A stretch of 64,000 bases of DNA from Actinomycetota bacterium (GCA_039195375.1 JBCCVL010000004.1:8173-72172); one strand, 5' to 3'; positions 1-8,149 are shown, numbered from the stretch's first letter. The notes: generated from the sequence alone by a model not told the origin. Made by a program: numbers and translations.

Positions 1-1875
1 CGCAACGTGTTCTATCGCCAGACCACCGAGGTGGTCGTGTCGTTCACCCTGCCGGGCGGGCGGGCCAGGAGCGACGAATTGACCCGGGTCAACGAGGCCT
101 ACGCCGCCTTCGAGGCGTGGGTCGACCCGTGGTTGGAGGCGGCGACGGTGACCGTCGTCGTGCCGGAGGGTTTCGTCGACCGCGGCACCGGGTCTGACGG
201 GTTCGGTCGGCCGACGGCAACCGAGGACGCCGACGGTGACGAGGTGCTCGTGTTCGAGAACACCGGGATCGATCCCGAGGAGTACTGGGCCGCCGTCTCG
301 CTCGCCCGGGACGAGGAGCTCGTGACCACCGAGGTCGAGGTCGACGGGATCGAGATCGACATCCAGTCGTGGCCGGGCGACGAGCCGTGGACCCGGTTCG
401 TGGTCGACAGCCTGGAGGACGGTCTGCCGATCCTGATCGACGAGGTCGGGCTCGACTGGCCGCTCGACGAAGACCTGCTGATCATCGAGTCCTACACGCC
501 GTACCTCAACGGCTACGCCGGTTGGTACGACCTGTTGACCAACGAGATCGAGATCGGCGACGAGCTCGACACCCACGTCATGTACCACGAGCTGTCCCAC
601 GTGTGGTTCAACGGCGAGCTGTTCGCCGAGCGGTGGATCACCGAGGGCCTGGCCGACGAGTTCGGGGCCGAGGTGACCGAGGCGGTCGGGGAGGAACGGC
701 CGACGCCGCCACGGGCCCGGTCGAACGAGGCGGTGGCCCAGCCGTTGAACCGGTGGTCGAGCCTGACCGAGGACGTCGAGCTGGAGCAGTGGGGCTACGC
801 CGCCAGTTGGACCGTGACCCGGGCCCTGGTCGACCAGGTCGGATTCGACGTGCTGTCCGGCGCGGTGCAGGCCGCGGCCGTCGACCAGATCGCCTACGTC
901 GGCGATCTGCCACCCGAGACCGAGGTCCGTCGCAACGACTGGCGGCTGTACCTCGATCTCCTGGAGAACGGCGGTGTGGTGAGCGACGGGGCCGTTGCCG
1001 ACCTGTTCGTCGAGTGGGTGCTGACGCCGAGCGAGGCCGCCGACCTCGACCAGCGGGCGGTCAGCCGTGACCGCTACGCCGCCCTGGTCGGCGACGGCGG
1101 GGCGTGGGCTGCACCCCTGGCGGTCCGCAGCGCCATGTCGGACTGGGGGTTCGACGAGGCCGACCAGCTGATGGCGGACGCCGGCGAGATACTGGCCATC
1201 CGCGACGACGCCGCCGAGGTGGTCGACGGGCTGGCGGCGTCGTTGCCGGCCGGGTCGACGGCGGCGTTGCCGGACGAGCTGGAGTCGACGTACGCGGCGG
1301 CCGAGGACGCCGACGAGCTCGGGGAGGCCGAGGCGCGGACCGCCGAGGCCCTGGCCACGGCCGAGGCGCTTGCCGCCACCGCCGTTGCCGTCGATGACGC
1401 CGACGGGTTCGTGCAGCGCATCGGCGCCATCGGGACCGACCACACCGGGGAGCTGGTGCTGGCCGCCGAGCGCTTCAGCGACGGCGAGCTCGGCCAGGCC
1501 GCCGCCGAGTCGGCGAGGCTCGACGGCGAGGTCGACGACCTCGGTCGCCGCGGTTGGATCCGGATCGGGGTGGCACTTGGACTCGTCGTCCTGCTCGTTG
1601 CGGTCGCCATCGTGATCGTGCGCCGCCGGCGCCGCCGTCGGCCCGCGGACGAGCCGGTCATCGAGGCCGGGCCGCCGGCTCCGACCGAGCCGGTGACGCC
1701 GCCGGCGCTCCCGGCCACGACCGCCCCCGAGCCGCTCCCGGCCCTGCCGAGCGGCCCGGTCCCGGCGACCGAGGCTGGTCGCCGCCCGGTGAGCCCCGCG
1801 ACCGAGCCGGCGCCCGATCCCGGTCGCCGTCCGGCGAGTCCGGCCGACGACCCGGCACCGACGGCCGGCTCCTGA
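1..1875 (+). CDS. Membrane-anchored zinc metalloprotease-like protein (HExxH); 5' end probably outside the window
   Basis: ORF track 7..1875, and the frame stays open back to nt 1. MYHELSHVWF...WITEGLADEF gives HExxH plus a downstream Glu (gluzincin-like). A C-terminal hydrophobic helix WIRIGVALGLVVLLVAVAIVIV is followed by an RRRRRRR stop-transfer and a Pro/Ala-rich tail. Confidence 0.6.
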   Translation, partial: RNVFYRQTTEVVVSFTLPGGRARSDELTRVNEAYAAFEAWVDPWLEAATVTVVVPEGFVDRGTGSDGFGRPTATEDADGDEVLVFENTGIDPEEYWAAVSLARDEELVTTEVEVDGIEIDIQSWPGDEPWTRFVVDSLEDGLPILIDEVGLDWPLDEDLLIIESYTPYLNGYAGWYDLLTNEIEIGDELDTHVMYHELSHVWFNGELFAERWITEGLADEFGAEVTEAVGEERPTPPRARSNEAVAQPLNRWSSLTEDVELEQWGYAASWTVTRALVDQVGFDVLSGAVQAAAVDQIAYVGDLPPETEVRRNDWRLYLDLLENGGVVSDGAVADLFVEWVLTPSEAADLDQRAVSRDRYAALVGDGGAWAAPLAVRSAMSDWGFDEADQLMADAGEILAIRDDAAEVVDGLAASLPAGSTAALPDELESTYAAAEDADELGEAEARTAEALATAEALAATAVAVDDADGFVQRIGAIGTDHTGELVLAAERFSDGELGQAAAESARLDGEVDDLGRRGWIRIGVALGLVVLLVAVAIVIVRRRRRRRPADEPVIEAGPPAPTEPVTPPALPATTAPEPLPALPSGPVPATEAGRRPVSPATEPAPDPGRRPASPADDPAPTAGS

Positions 1876-1916
1876 CTACCCTCGTTGAGTCGACGACCGG
1901 GCTGGGAGGCGAATCG

Positions 1917-2909
1917 ATGGCCGAGGGAACGGACCGGGATCCGAGCCTGCGGGAGCTCGCACTCGAGGCGACGATCGGTGGGATCGGGGTCGATGCCGAC
2001 CGGCCGATCCCCGTCATCAGCCTCGAACGGTTCGAGGAGCGCCGACGTGGCATCACCGACGAGCTGTGGGCCGCGGCCACCGATGTCGGCTTCTTCCAGC
2101 TCGTCGACCACGGCATCGACGCCGAGCTGATCGACGGCTCGTTCGCCGCCGCCGAGGCCTTCTTCGCCCTCGCCGACGACGTCAAGGCCACGGTCCCGTG
2201 GCGGCGAGAGCTCAACGCCGGCTGGGAGTCCAGGAGCCAGGTCCGACCGTCGACCCGGGTCAACGACCAGAAGGAGTCGTACCAGATGACCCGGCCGAAC
2301 ATGGACGGGTTGTGGCCGGCCGACGACCTGCTCCCGGGGTTCCGGGCAACGCTCGAGGCGATGGAGCGGGCGTCGTGGCGGGTGGCGATGGACGTGCTGT
2401 CGTGCTTCGCCGACCGGCTCGGTTTCGACCGTGACTTCTTCGCCGGCGCCCACGATCCCGACGGCGACGGCTACCAGAGCACCGTGCGGCTGCTGCACTA
2501 CTTCCCGATGTCGGCCGCCGACTTCGAGGGGGGCCAGTGGCGGGCCGGCGCCCACACCGACTACGACTGCCTCACGCTGCTCTTCCAGCGCGACGGCCAG
2601 TCCGGCCTGCAGGTCTGCCCCGGGGACGATGCGGCCAGCGGGCGCTGGACGAGCGTCGCAACCGACCAGGACCGCATCACGTGCAACATCGGCGACATGC
2701 TGATGCGTTGGAGCGACGACCAGCTCCGCTCAACGCTGCACCGCGTCCGGGGCCCGCGGCCGGGTGAGTCCTCCCCGTCGCGCTACAGCGTCGCCTTCTT
2801 CGCCCAGGCCAACAAGCCGGCCCTGATCGAGAGCCCGTCTGGCAGCTTCGAGTCGATCACCGCCGCCGACTTCCTGCAGCAGCGGATCGCCGCCAACTTC
2901 GCCAGCTGA
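1917..2909 (+). CDS. 2-oxoglutarate/Fe(II)-dependent oxygenase (isopenicillin N synthase-like family)
   Basis: In-frame ATG at 1917 preceded by SD GGGAGG (1904-1909). Motifs: HTDYD (HxD), distal His in STLHRV, RYSVAFF (RxS). The 121-aa N-terminal extension in track ORF 1554..2909 overlaps gene 1 and is R/P/G junk. Confidence 0.8.
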   Translation: MAEGTDRDPSLRELALEATIGGIGVDADRPIPVISLERFEERRRGITDELWAAATDVGFFQLVDHGIDAELIDGSFAAAEAFFALADDVKATVPWRRELNAGWESRSQVRPSTRVNDQKESYQMTRPNMDGLWPADDLLPGFRATLEAMERASWRVAMDVLSCFADRLGFDRDFFAGAHDPDGDGYQSTVRLLHYFPMSAADFEGGQWRAGAHTDYDCLTLLFQRDGQSGLQVCPGDDAASGRWTSVATDQDRITCNIGDMLMRWSDDQLRSTLHRVRGPRPGESSPSRYSVAFFAQANKPALIESPSGSFESITAADFLQQRIAANFAS

Positions 2910-2950
2910 CCGAGCGGTCGGCGCGCAACCGGGCCGGTGCGATCGTCATC

Positions 2951-2977
2951 GCCGACGGGCCGGCGTCACCCGTCGGC
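2951..2977. terminator. Perfect 9-bp hairpin between convergent genes (possible bidirectional terminator)
   Basis: GCCGACGGG (2951-2959), 9-nt loop, CCCGTCGGC (2969-2977). It sits 42 nt after the oxygenase stop and overlaps the stop codon of the minus-strand hydrolase. There is no U-tract. Confidence 0.35.
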
Positions 2978-3682
2978 GGCGAGCTCGAGCAGCAGCTCGG
3001 CCAGCTCGACCGGGTGGGTGACCATCATGTCGTGGCCGGCGGCCAGCTCCCGGAAGGTCCACTCGGGATCGTGGCGGACCCAGGCAACGGTGCCGGCCAT
3101 GTTGGCGTAGGCCGGGTCGGCGGCGGCGATGTAGCTGCGGCGCAGGCCGTCGACCCCGCCGTTGGTCAGCTCGATCGGCTCGGTGTAGCAGCCCCGTGGC
3201 ATCGGGCTGAGGCGGGCGTCGACCGAGGCGGCCAGGTCGGGATCGTCGATACCGAACGCCGAGGCGGGGAACGGTGGCATCCCGAGCCCGTTGCCGGGAC
3301 CGTCGATGTCGGCCATGCGGGCATCCCACTGGTCGGGGTTGAGGTACGACCACCCCCAGCGGGTCGAACCGGGGGTCGGAACCGAGGCGTCGACGAACAC
3401 GTAGTGGCCGACCCGGTCACGGAGCCGGTCGGCGACCCCGGCCAGCACGCTGCCGGCGTAGCTGTGGCCGGCGAGCACGCAGCCGTCGAGCCTGTCGAGC
3501 TCGATGAGGTTGGCGATGTCGGTGACGTGGGTCGCCAGGTCGACCGACGGTGAGAACAGGTGGCGCCGGTCGCCGAGCCCGGTGAGGGACGGGGTATGGA
3601 CCCGCACGCCGTGGCGGGTCAGTTCCGCCGCCGTGGCCGACCAGCACCAGCCGCCGTGGAAGGCCCCGTGGACCAGGACCAT
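2966..3682 (-). CDS. Alpha/beta-fold hydrolase (esterase-like)
   Basis: Starts MVLVHGAFHGGWCW. Nucleophile elbow GHSYAG (GxSxG). The ATG at 3682 lies 1 nt after the stop of the upstream GNAT gene. The upstream part of track ORF 2966..4168 is an alternate-frame reading of the 36-bp repeat and is rejected. Confidence 0.75.
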   Translation of the reverse strand: MVLVHGAFHGGWCWSATAAELTRHGVRVHTPSLTGLGDRRHLFSPSVDLATHVTDIANLIELDRLDGCVLAGHSYAGSVLAGVADRLRDRVGHYVFVDASVPTPGSTRWGWSYLNPDQWDARMADIDGPGNGLGMPPFPASAFGIDDPDLAASVDARLSPMPRGCYTEPIELTNGGVDGLRRSYIAAADPAYANMAGTVAWVRHDPEWTFRELAAGHDMMVTHPVELAELLLELAADG

Positions 3683-3683
3683 G

Positions 3684-4421
3684 TCAGGCACGGTCGATGG
3701 CCTCCGAGGCCGCCGCCGGACCGGGTTCGAGTTGGCGCTCGTACAACACGTCGACGATCGACGGCGGCTCGTTGGCCAGGGTCGGCCCCGGGACCAGGCA
3801 CCAGCCGTGGCGCTCGTACAGGCTGCGGGCGGTGGCGTTGGCCTCGAGCACCCACAGGTTGATGGCCGTGGCGCCCCGCCGGGCGGCCCGGGCGAGCGCC
3901 AGGTCGTGCAGGGCGACCCCGAGCCCACGACCCTGGCACCCGGGGTCGACGTAGAGGCGGTGGAGCAGGAGGCCGGTCGGCACGTCATCGTTCGGGCCGA
4001 CGGCGACTGCGCCGACGACGGCATCGTTCGGACCGACGGCGACCGCGCCGACGACGGCATCGTTCGGGCCGACGGCGACCGCGCCGACGACATCGTCGTT
4101 CGGGCCGACGGGTACCGCGCCGACGACATCGTCGTTCGGGCCGACGGGTTCCGCGCCGACGACGGCATCGTGTTCGATCTCCGACGCCGGGCCCGACTCG
4201 GCGGGCCGACGGGGTCCGGTGGCGACGAGCACGTCGGCGAGGGGGTGCGGGTCGGCGAGGAGCGTCGCCCACCCGCCGGCCAACGCCTCGGGGGTCGGCG
4301 GGGTGGCGTCGGCTGGGAAGATGTTGGCGTAGGCCAGACGGGCGGCGACGGCGTGGACCCGGCCGATGGCGGCGAGGTCGTCCGCGGTGGCGGGTCGGAG
4401 CCGGTCGGTCGGGTCGGTCAT
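3684..4421 (-). CDS. GNAT-family N-acetyltransferase carrying an internal 12-aa tandem repeat
   Basis: Acetyl-CoA motif LYVDPGCQGRGLGVALHDLA. Start taken at MTDPTDRL (4421); the track start at 4481 is also possible. Contains (VGPNDxVVGAVx)x5. Confidence 0.7.
   Translation of the reverse strand: MTDPTDRLRPATADDLAAIGRVHAVAARLAYANIFPADATPPTPEALAGGWATLLADPHPLADVLVATGPRRPAESGPASEIEHDAVVGAEPVGPNDDVVGAVPVGPNDDVVGAVAVGPNDAVVGAVAVGPNDAVVGAVAVGPNDDVPTGLLLHRLYVDPGCQGRGLGVALHDLALARAARRGATAINLWVLEANATARSLYERHGWCLVPGPTLANEPPSIVDVLYERQLEPGPAAASEAIDRA
3984..4166. repeat. 36-bp direct tandem repeat, about 5 copies, in frame inside the GNAT CDS
   Basis: atcgttcggg/gtcgttcggg recurs at 3987, 4023, 4059, 4095 and 4131, exactly 36 nt apart. 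Copies differ by a few substitutions. Confidence 0.9.
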
Positions 4422-4464
4422 CGGCTCGAACGGTACCGCCGAGCCGATGGCCGGGAGCAAACGC

Positions 4465-4502
4465 TTGACAGGCACATACATCGGCGCGACATATATACAT
4501 CA
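4465..4502 (+). promoter_or_regulatory. AT-rich island with a -10-like TATATA 5 nt before the ATG (possible leaderless promoter)
   Basis: TATATA at 4492-4497 and ATG at 4502 with no SD. TTGACA at 4465-4470 is 21 nt upstream, too far for a canonical -35. This is the only AT-rich patch in the divergent intergenic region. Confidence 0.3.
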
Positions 4503-5113
4503 TGAGTACACATATCGATCCGATCGTCGATCTCGACGAACTCGTCGCCCGCATCGACCAGGTGGTGGCCGGTGGTCCGCTCGCCGTGGCCATGGCCGAT
4601 CTCGACGGGTTCCTGCAGCTCAACGAGACCTACGGCCGAGACGCCGGCGACCGGGTGCTCGTCGCCTGGCGTGAGACCCTGGCCGGTTCCCTGCCTGACG
4701 ATGCCATCATCGGCCGACTCGGCGCCGACGAGTTCGCGGTCGGACTCCCGGGGGCCTCGTCGGAGAACGCGCTCATCCTGCTCGACGAGATCCGCTCCCA
4801 CCTCGCCGAACACCCGATTGAGCACGCCGGCACCGAGGTGACGGTGAGCGCCACCTTCGGCGTCGCCTCCCGCCCGCCCCACGCCACCGATACCGCCGAG
4901 CTGTTCCGGTGCGCCGACGAGGCGCTCGCCCGGGGCAAGGCCGAGGGTGGCGGTCGGGTCGCCATCTACGTCGAGGAGAAGATGGTGCTCAAGAGCAACT
5001 ACTACTCCAGGGCGTCGCTCGCCCGCTTGTCGAAGCTCGCCGGCCGCCTCAACCGCACCGAGGCCTCATTGCTCCGCGAGGCACTCGACGATCTGTTCCG
5101 CAAGCTCCGCTGA
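4502..5113 (+). CDS. Stand-alone GGDEF-domain protein (GADEF variant) fused to a C-terminal ribbon-helix-helix DNA-binding module
   Basis: DLDGFLQLNETYGRDAGDRVL, RLGADEFAV and CADEALARGKAEGGGRV are GGDEF-domain landmarks. The tail KSNYYSRASLARLSKLAGRLNRTEASLLREALDDLFRKL looks CopG/Arc-type RHH. Confidence 0.7.
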   Translation: MSTHIDPIVDLDELVARIDQVVAGGPLAVAMADLDGFLQLNETYGRDAGDRVLVAWRETLAGSLPDDAIIGRLGADEFAVGLPGASSENALILLDEIRSHLAEHPIEHAGTEVTVSATFGVASRPPHATDTAELFRCADEALARGKAEGGGRVAIYVEEKMVLKSNYYSRASLARLSKLAGRLNRTEASLLREALDDLFRKLR

Positions 5114-5195
5114 GGTCAGCCATCGGCTCCATGAATAGTTTCTTACGCTGCGTGTCGAGGCGACTACGGTCCCCTTCGACAACCAGGAGGGAACC

Positions 5196-5663
5196 ATGGA
5201 ACTTCGTGACGACGCGCCCCGGGGACTGCCCCGGCGGCGCTTCCTCGGCGGCGCGGCTGCGGCTGCGGCGGTGGGAACGGCGACCACCATCGGGGTGGCG
5301 AGTCCGGCCGGGGCGACCAACGGCGGGCGGAACTTCGCCAAGCTGCCGATGCCGAAGCCGATCGCCTTCAGCACCCCACCGAGCGATCCGGGACCGCCGG
5401 ACCCGTTCAACTCGATCCACTGGACCCTGCCGGGGCCCGAGGGTTCGGCCACCCAGAAGATCGGCATCCCCGCTTTCGGCCCCGACACCGATCCGAACAC
5501 GATCGGCGACTTCGATGGCTTCACCGCCTACGCGGTGGTCGCCGGCGAGGCCACCAGCAGCGACGGCGAGACGTTCGACTGCGAGTTCGACGTCCGGGTG
5601 ATGCAGGGCCGCTACGTGGCCGAGGACGGCAACGAGTACCACGGCACGTTCGCCTTCATATGA
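5196..5663 (+). CDS. Tat-signal secreted protein of unknown function; ends at TGA 5661, and is possibly the N-terminal part of a selenoprotein
   Basis: SD AGGAGGG lies before the ATG at 5196. Twin-arginine signal PRRRFLGGAAAAAAVGTA. The stop is TGA followed by C. Confidence 0.65.
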   Translation: MELRDDAPRGLPRRRFLGGAAAAAAVGTATTIGVASPAGATNGGRNFAKLPMPKPIAFSTPPSDPGPPDPFNSIHWTLPGPEGSATQKIGIPAFGPDTDPNTIGDFDGFTAYAVVAGEATSSDGETFDCEFDVRVMQGRYVAEDGNEYHGTFAFI

Positions 5664-5703
5664 CTCGACCTGCTGCTTCCCGGTCAGGGAGGCCCCGGTC
5701 AGG
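5661..5703 (+). promoter_or_regulatory. SECIS-like hairpin immediately 3' of the in-frame TGA (candidate Sec recoding signal)
   Basis: Upper stem GCUUCCC (5675-5681) pairs with GGGAGGC (5687-5693): 7 bp with one G.U. The loop is GGUCA (5682-5686). Lower stem CCUG (5669-5672) pairs with CAGG (5700-5703). The loop G G U C falls at +22 to +25 counted from the U of UGA. Confidence 0.4.
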
Positions 5704-6101
5704 TGCACGACTTCAACCCCGGCATCACTCCGAACGGCTTGTTCTGGACGATGGAGATCCCGCCCGAGTCGTTCGTGGTCCGGCGGGGTGGGCGCGGTGC
5801 CCGCCTGCGGCTCCGCAACGCCCCGGTTCCCGACACGTTCTTCTTCGCCAACAACGTGTCGGTGGCGGCCGAGATCGACGTCGACCTCAACTGGATCGCC
5901 CGCTCAGACGTCATCACCCGCGGCAACGGCACCTCGGTCCCGCCGGACGCCCCGGACGCATATCTCGGCGAGATGCGTGACGCCACGTGTCGCGGCCGAG
6001 CCGACGGTCGCGAGACCGGCTTCGCCATGCGGTCGAGCTGGCTGACCGAGGAGGGGTTCGTCGCCTTCCTCGGCCACAGCCGCAACGGCGTGTACCTCTA
6101 G
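5703..6101 (+). CDS. Hypothetical protein in the same frame as 5196..5663; either an independent GTG-started ORF or the C-terminal part of the same protein
   Basis: 5703-5196 = 507 = 3x169. The 13 codons between the TGA and the GTG contain no stop and have high GC3. There is no signal peptide of its own. GGGAGG (5687-5692) could serve as an SD 10 nt upstream. Confidence 0.5.
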   Translation: MHDFNPGITPNGLFWTMEIPPESFVVRRGGRGARLRLRNAPVPDTFFFANNVSVAAEIDVDLNWIARSDVITRGNGTSVPPDAPDAYLGEMRDATCRGRADGRETGFAMRSSWLTEEGFVAFLGHSRNGVYL

Positions 6102-6160
6102 CCGGCCAGGCCCGGCGGGCCGCGATCGTGCGCCGCAGCGATCGGTGTCGTCGCCCGTCG

Positions 6161-6898
6161 TCACGTTGGATCGACGGCGGGGTCGATCCAGCGGGCGACC
6201 GTTGTCCGGGTGCCGGCCGGGATCTCGGTGAACCCGCCATCGCGTATCTCGACGTCGGCCCGGTCGGCCAGCCCGGCCCACCGGGCGGCGTCGGGATGCA
6301 CGATCTGGACCGGGCGACCAGCCGCCGTCCACGCCGCCTGCCGATCGGGCGAGGCCTGCTGCCAGGCCCGGTGGGCGGCGTGGGCGCACTGGGCCGCCCG
6401 CTTGCCCCACGTCATCGTGACCTCGGGTGTGACGGCGATCAGCAGTCCGGGCCGGGCCTCGATCGACGACACGGTCGGTGACTCCTGCAGCGGCGTTGCC
6501 TGGATCTGCAGGCGGGCCACCGGTCGGGGCACCCGGTCGATCGGACCGGGCACGAAGGCCCTGGTCGAGACGCCGTCGACGGTCACGGTGACCCCGTCGA
6601 CCTCCTGGGCCCGGCGCCAGTCGGCGCCGCGCCCCCGGCGGACGATCTTGCGGATCCTGGCCCCGTTCCACCGAGCCACGGCGTCGTGCCAGGGACCGTC
6701 CGGCCCGCTGCGCTCGTCGTCGAGCAGGGCGATGGTGGCCAGGGCGGCGGAGACGGCCGCCTGATCGGCGGTCGGCGGGGCGGTCTTCTCGACCCGGACC
6801 GCGAGCTGGAGGGCCAGCGGCGCCGTCGACGGGATCTCGAGATCCGGACCGGCGTCGGTTTCGTCGTCTTCCGGTGCGTCGGGTCCTGGTCGGCTCAT
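6161..6898 (-). CDS. PTH2-like (peptidyl-tRNA hydrolase 2 family) protein, apparently two tandem PTH2-like halves
   Basis: C-terminal half: WGKRAAQCAHAAHRAW ... IRDGGFTEIPAGTRTTVA, the GKxxAQxxHA and DxGxTEIxxGTxT landmarks. The N-terminal half is a degenerate copy (IRKIVRRGRG...VDGVSTRAFVPGP). Confidence 0.5.
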   Translation of the reverse strand: MSRPGPDAPEDDETDAGPDLEIPSTAPLALQLAVRVEKTAPPTADQAAVSAALATIALLDDERSGPDGPWHDAVARWNGARIRKIVRRGRGADWRRAQEVDGVTVTVDGVSTRAFVPGPIDRVPRPVARLQIQATPLQESPTVSSIEARPGLLIAVTPEVTMTWGKRAAQCAHAAHRAWQQASPDRQAAWTAAGRPVQIVHPDAARWAGLADRADVEIRDGGFTEIPAGTRTTVARWIDPAVDPT

Positions 6899-8130
6899 CA
6901 GGTCGCCAGTCCGGCCGGGCGGCGCCGCTCGGTCACGCCGAACAGGAAGACCGTGACCGCCAGGGCCAGGAACACGCCGTTGGCGGCCAGGGCCAACGGC
7001 AGGGACGTGGCGTCGGCCAACGCACCGCTGAGCGGCGGCGACAACACGATGCCGAGGTCGCCGTAGGTCCGGTAGACCCCCATGGCCGAACCCCGCAGCT
7101 GCTCGGGGGCGATGTCGGCGACGAAGGCAGCGGGGGCCGGGCCGCTGATGCCGGTCCCGATGGCCGAGAACAGCAGTCCGGCGACGAACAGCTCGACGGT
7201 CGGGGCGAACGCCGAGGCCACCACCCCGACGGCGGCGATGTAGCCGGTCGGGACGATCAGTGGCTTGCGCCCGATGCGGTCCGCGGCAACCCCGGCCGGC
7301 CCGATCAGCACCAGCCCGACGATCCCGAGCCCGGTGAAGATCAGCCCGATCCGTCCGGCCGTCAGTCCGAACTCCTCGCTGGCGTACAGCGGGACGAGCG
7401 TCTGGCGTGACCCTCGGATCGAGAACACGGCGGCCGCCACCAGCCCGACGGCGAGGAACGACGGCGAACGGAAGAACGCCCGCCTGGCCCGCGGGTCGAT
7501 CGGCTCGGCGGCCGCCTCGGCCTCGGCGGCGGCGTCACGGGTCTCCGGCAGCCGGTACCAGCCGTAGATCGCCGTCAGCACGGCAGCACCGCCGACCACG
7601 AGGAACGGCGCCCGCAGCCCGAAGCCGTCGGCCAGGAGGCCACCGATCGCCGGGCCGGCGCTCACCCCGACGAGCAGGGCCCCCTGGTTCGTGGCGATGT
7701 AGCGGGCCCGCTGCTCCGGGGCGGCGATGTCGATCACGTAGATCTGGGCCCCGGTCATGTAGAGGGCCGAGCCGGCCCCGGCGACGAGCCGCCAGGCGAG
7801 CAGGACCCAGATCGAGGGGGCCAGGCCGGAGCCGATCATGCCGATGGCGGTGATCAGCGGCCCGCCGACGAGCAGGAACCGCCGACCTCGGCGGTCGGCC
7901 CACAGCCCGGCCGGGATGTTGAGCAGCAGCCGAGCGAGCCCGAAGGCGGTGAACGTCAGCCCGACCACCGCAGCGCCGACCCCGAAGTCCCGAGCGAACA
8001 GCGGCAGCACCGGACCGACAACGCCCTGGCCGGCCATGACGAGCACGGTCGAGCCACAGATGACGAGTAGGCGTTCGTCGGCCCGCAGCCGGGACAGGCC
8101 GGCGACGAGCCGGCGGGGGAGCAACCTCAC
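6898..8130 (-). CDS. MFS transporter
   Basis: About 12 hydrophobic segments. MFS motif A: GLWADRRGRRFLLVGG. Its stop overlaps the start of the downstream PTH2-like gene. Confidence 0.8.
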   Translation of the reverse strand: MRLLPRRLVAGLSRLRADERLLVICGSTVLVMAGQGVVGPVLPLFARDFGVGAAVVGLTFTAFGLARLLLNIPAGLWADRRGRRFLLVGGPLITAIGMIGSGLAPSIWVLLAWRLVAGAGSALYMTGAQIYVIDIAAPEQRARYIATNQGALLVGVSAGPAIGGLLADGFGLRAPFLVVGGAAVLTAIYGWYRLPETRDAAAEAEAAAEPIDPRARRAFFRSPSFLAVGLVAAAVFSIRGSRQTLVPLYASEEFGLTAGRIGLIFTGLGIVGLVLIGPAGVAADRIGRKPLIVPTGYIAAVGVVASAFAPTVELFVAGLLFSAIGTGISGPAPAAFVADIAPEQLRGSAMGVYRTYGDLGIVLSPPLSGALADATSLPLALAANGVFLALAVTVFLFGVTERRRPAGLAT

Positions 8131-8149
8131 CCCGGCTGAACGTATCCGG

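Noticed and set aside
1554-1916. N-terminal extensions of track ORFs (1554..2909, 16339..18714, 42937..47331, 48439..52365, 40110..43508, 11628..12686)
   Set aside because: The extensions overlap the preceding genes, are R/P/G-rich, and precede internal starts that have an SD or a 4-nt stop/start overlap and match known family N-termini.
3984-4166. Possible CRISPR array (regular 36-bp repeats)
   Set aside because: The units are contiguous with no spacers, lie in frame within a GNAT CDS, and no cas genes are present. The 207-bp FG-GAP repeats are likewise coding.
2966-4168. Track ORF whose N-terminus reads MPSSARNPSARTTMSSARYPSART... (a striking peptide repeat)
   Set aside because: It is the alternate frame, on the same minus strand, of the 36-bp DNA repeat. 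The real hydrolase starts at 3682, and the region is occupied by the GNAT gene in another frame.
4465-4470. TTGACA as the -35 box for the 4502 gene
   Set aside because: It is 21 nt from the -10-like TATATA, too far for a canonical sigma-70 promoter. Only the -10 element is retained, at low confidence.
4502-5113. RHH tail suggesting a toxin-antitoxin module
   Set aside because: No small toxin-like ORF is adjacent, and the RHH is fused to a GGDEF domain, so it is not a stand-alone antitoxin.
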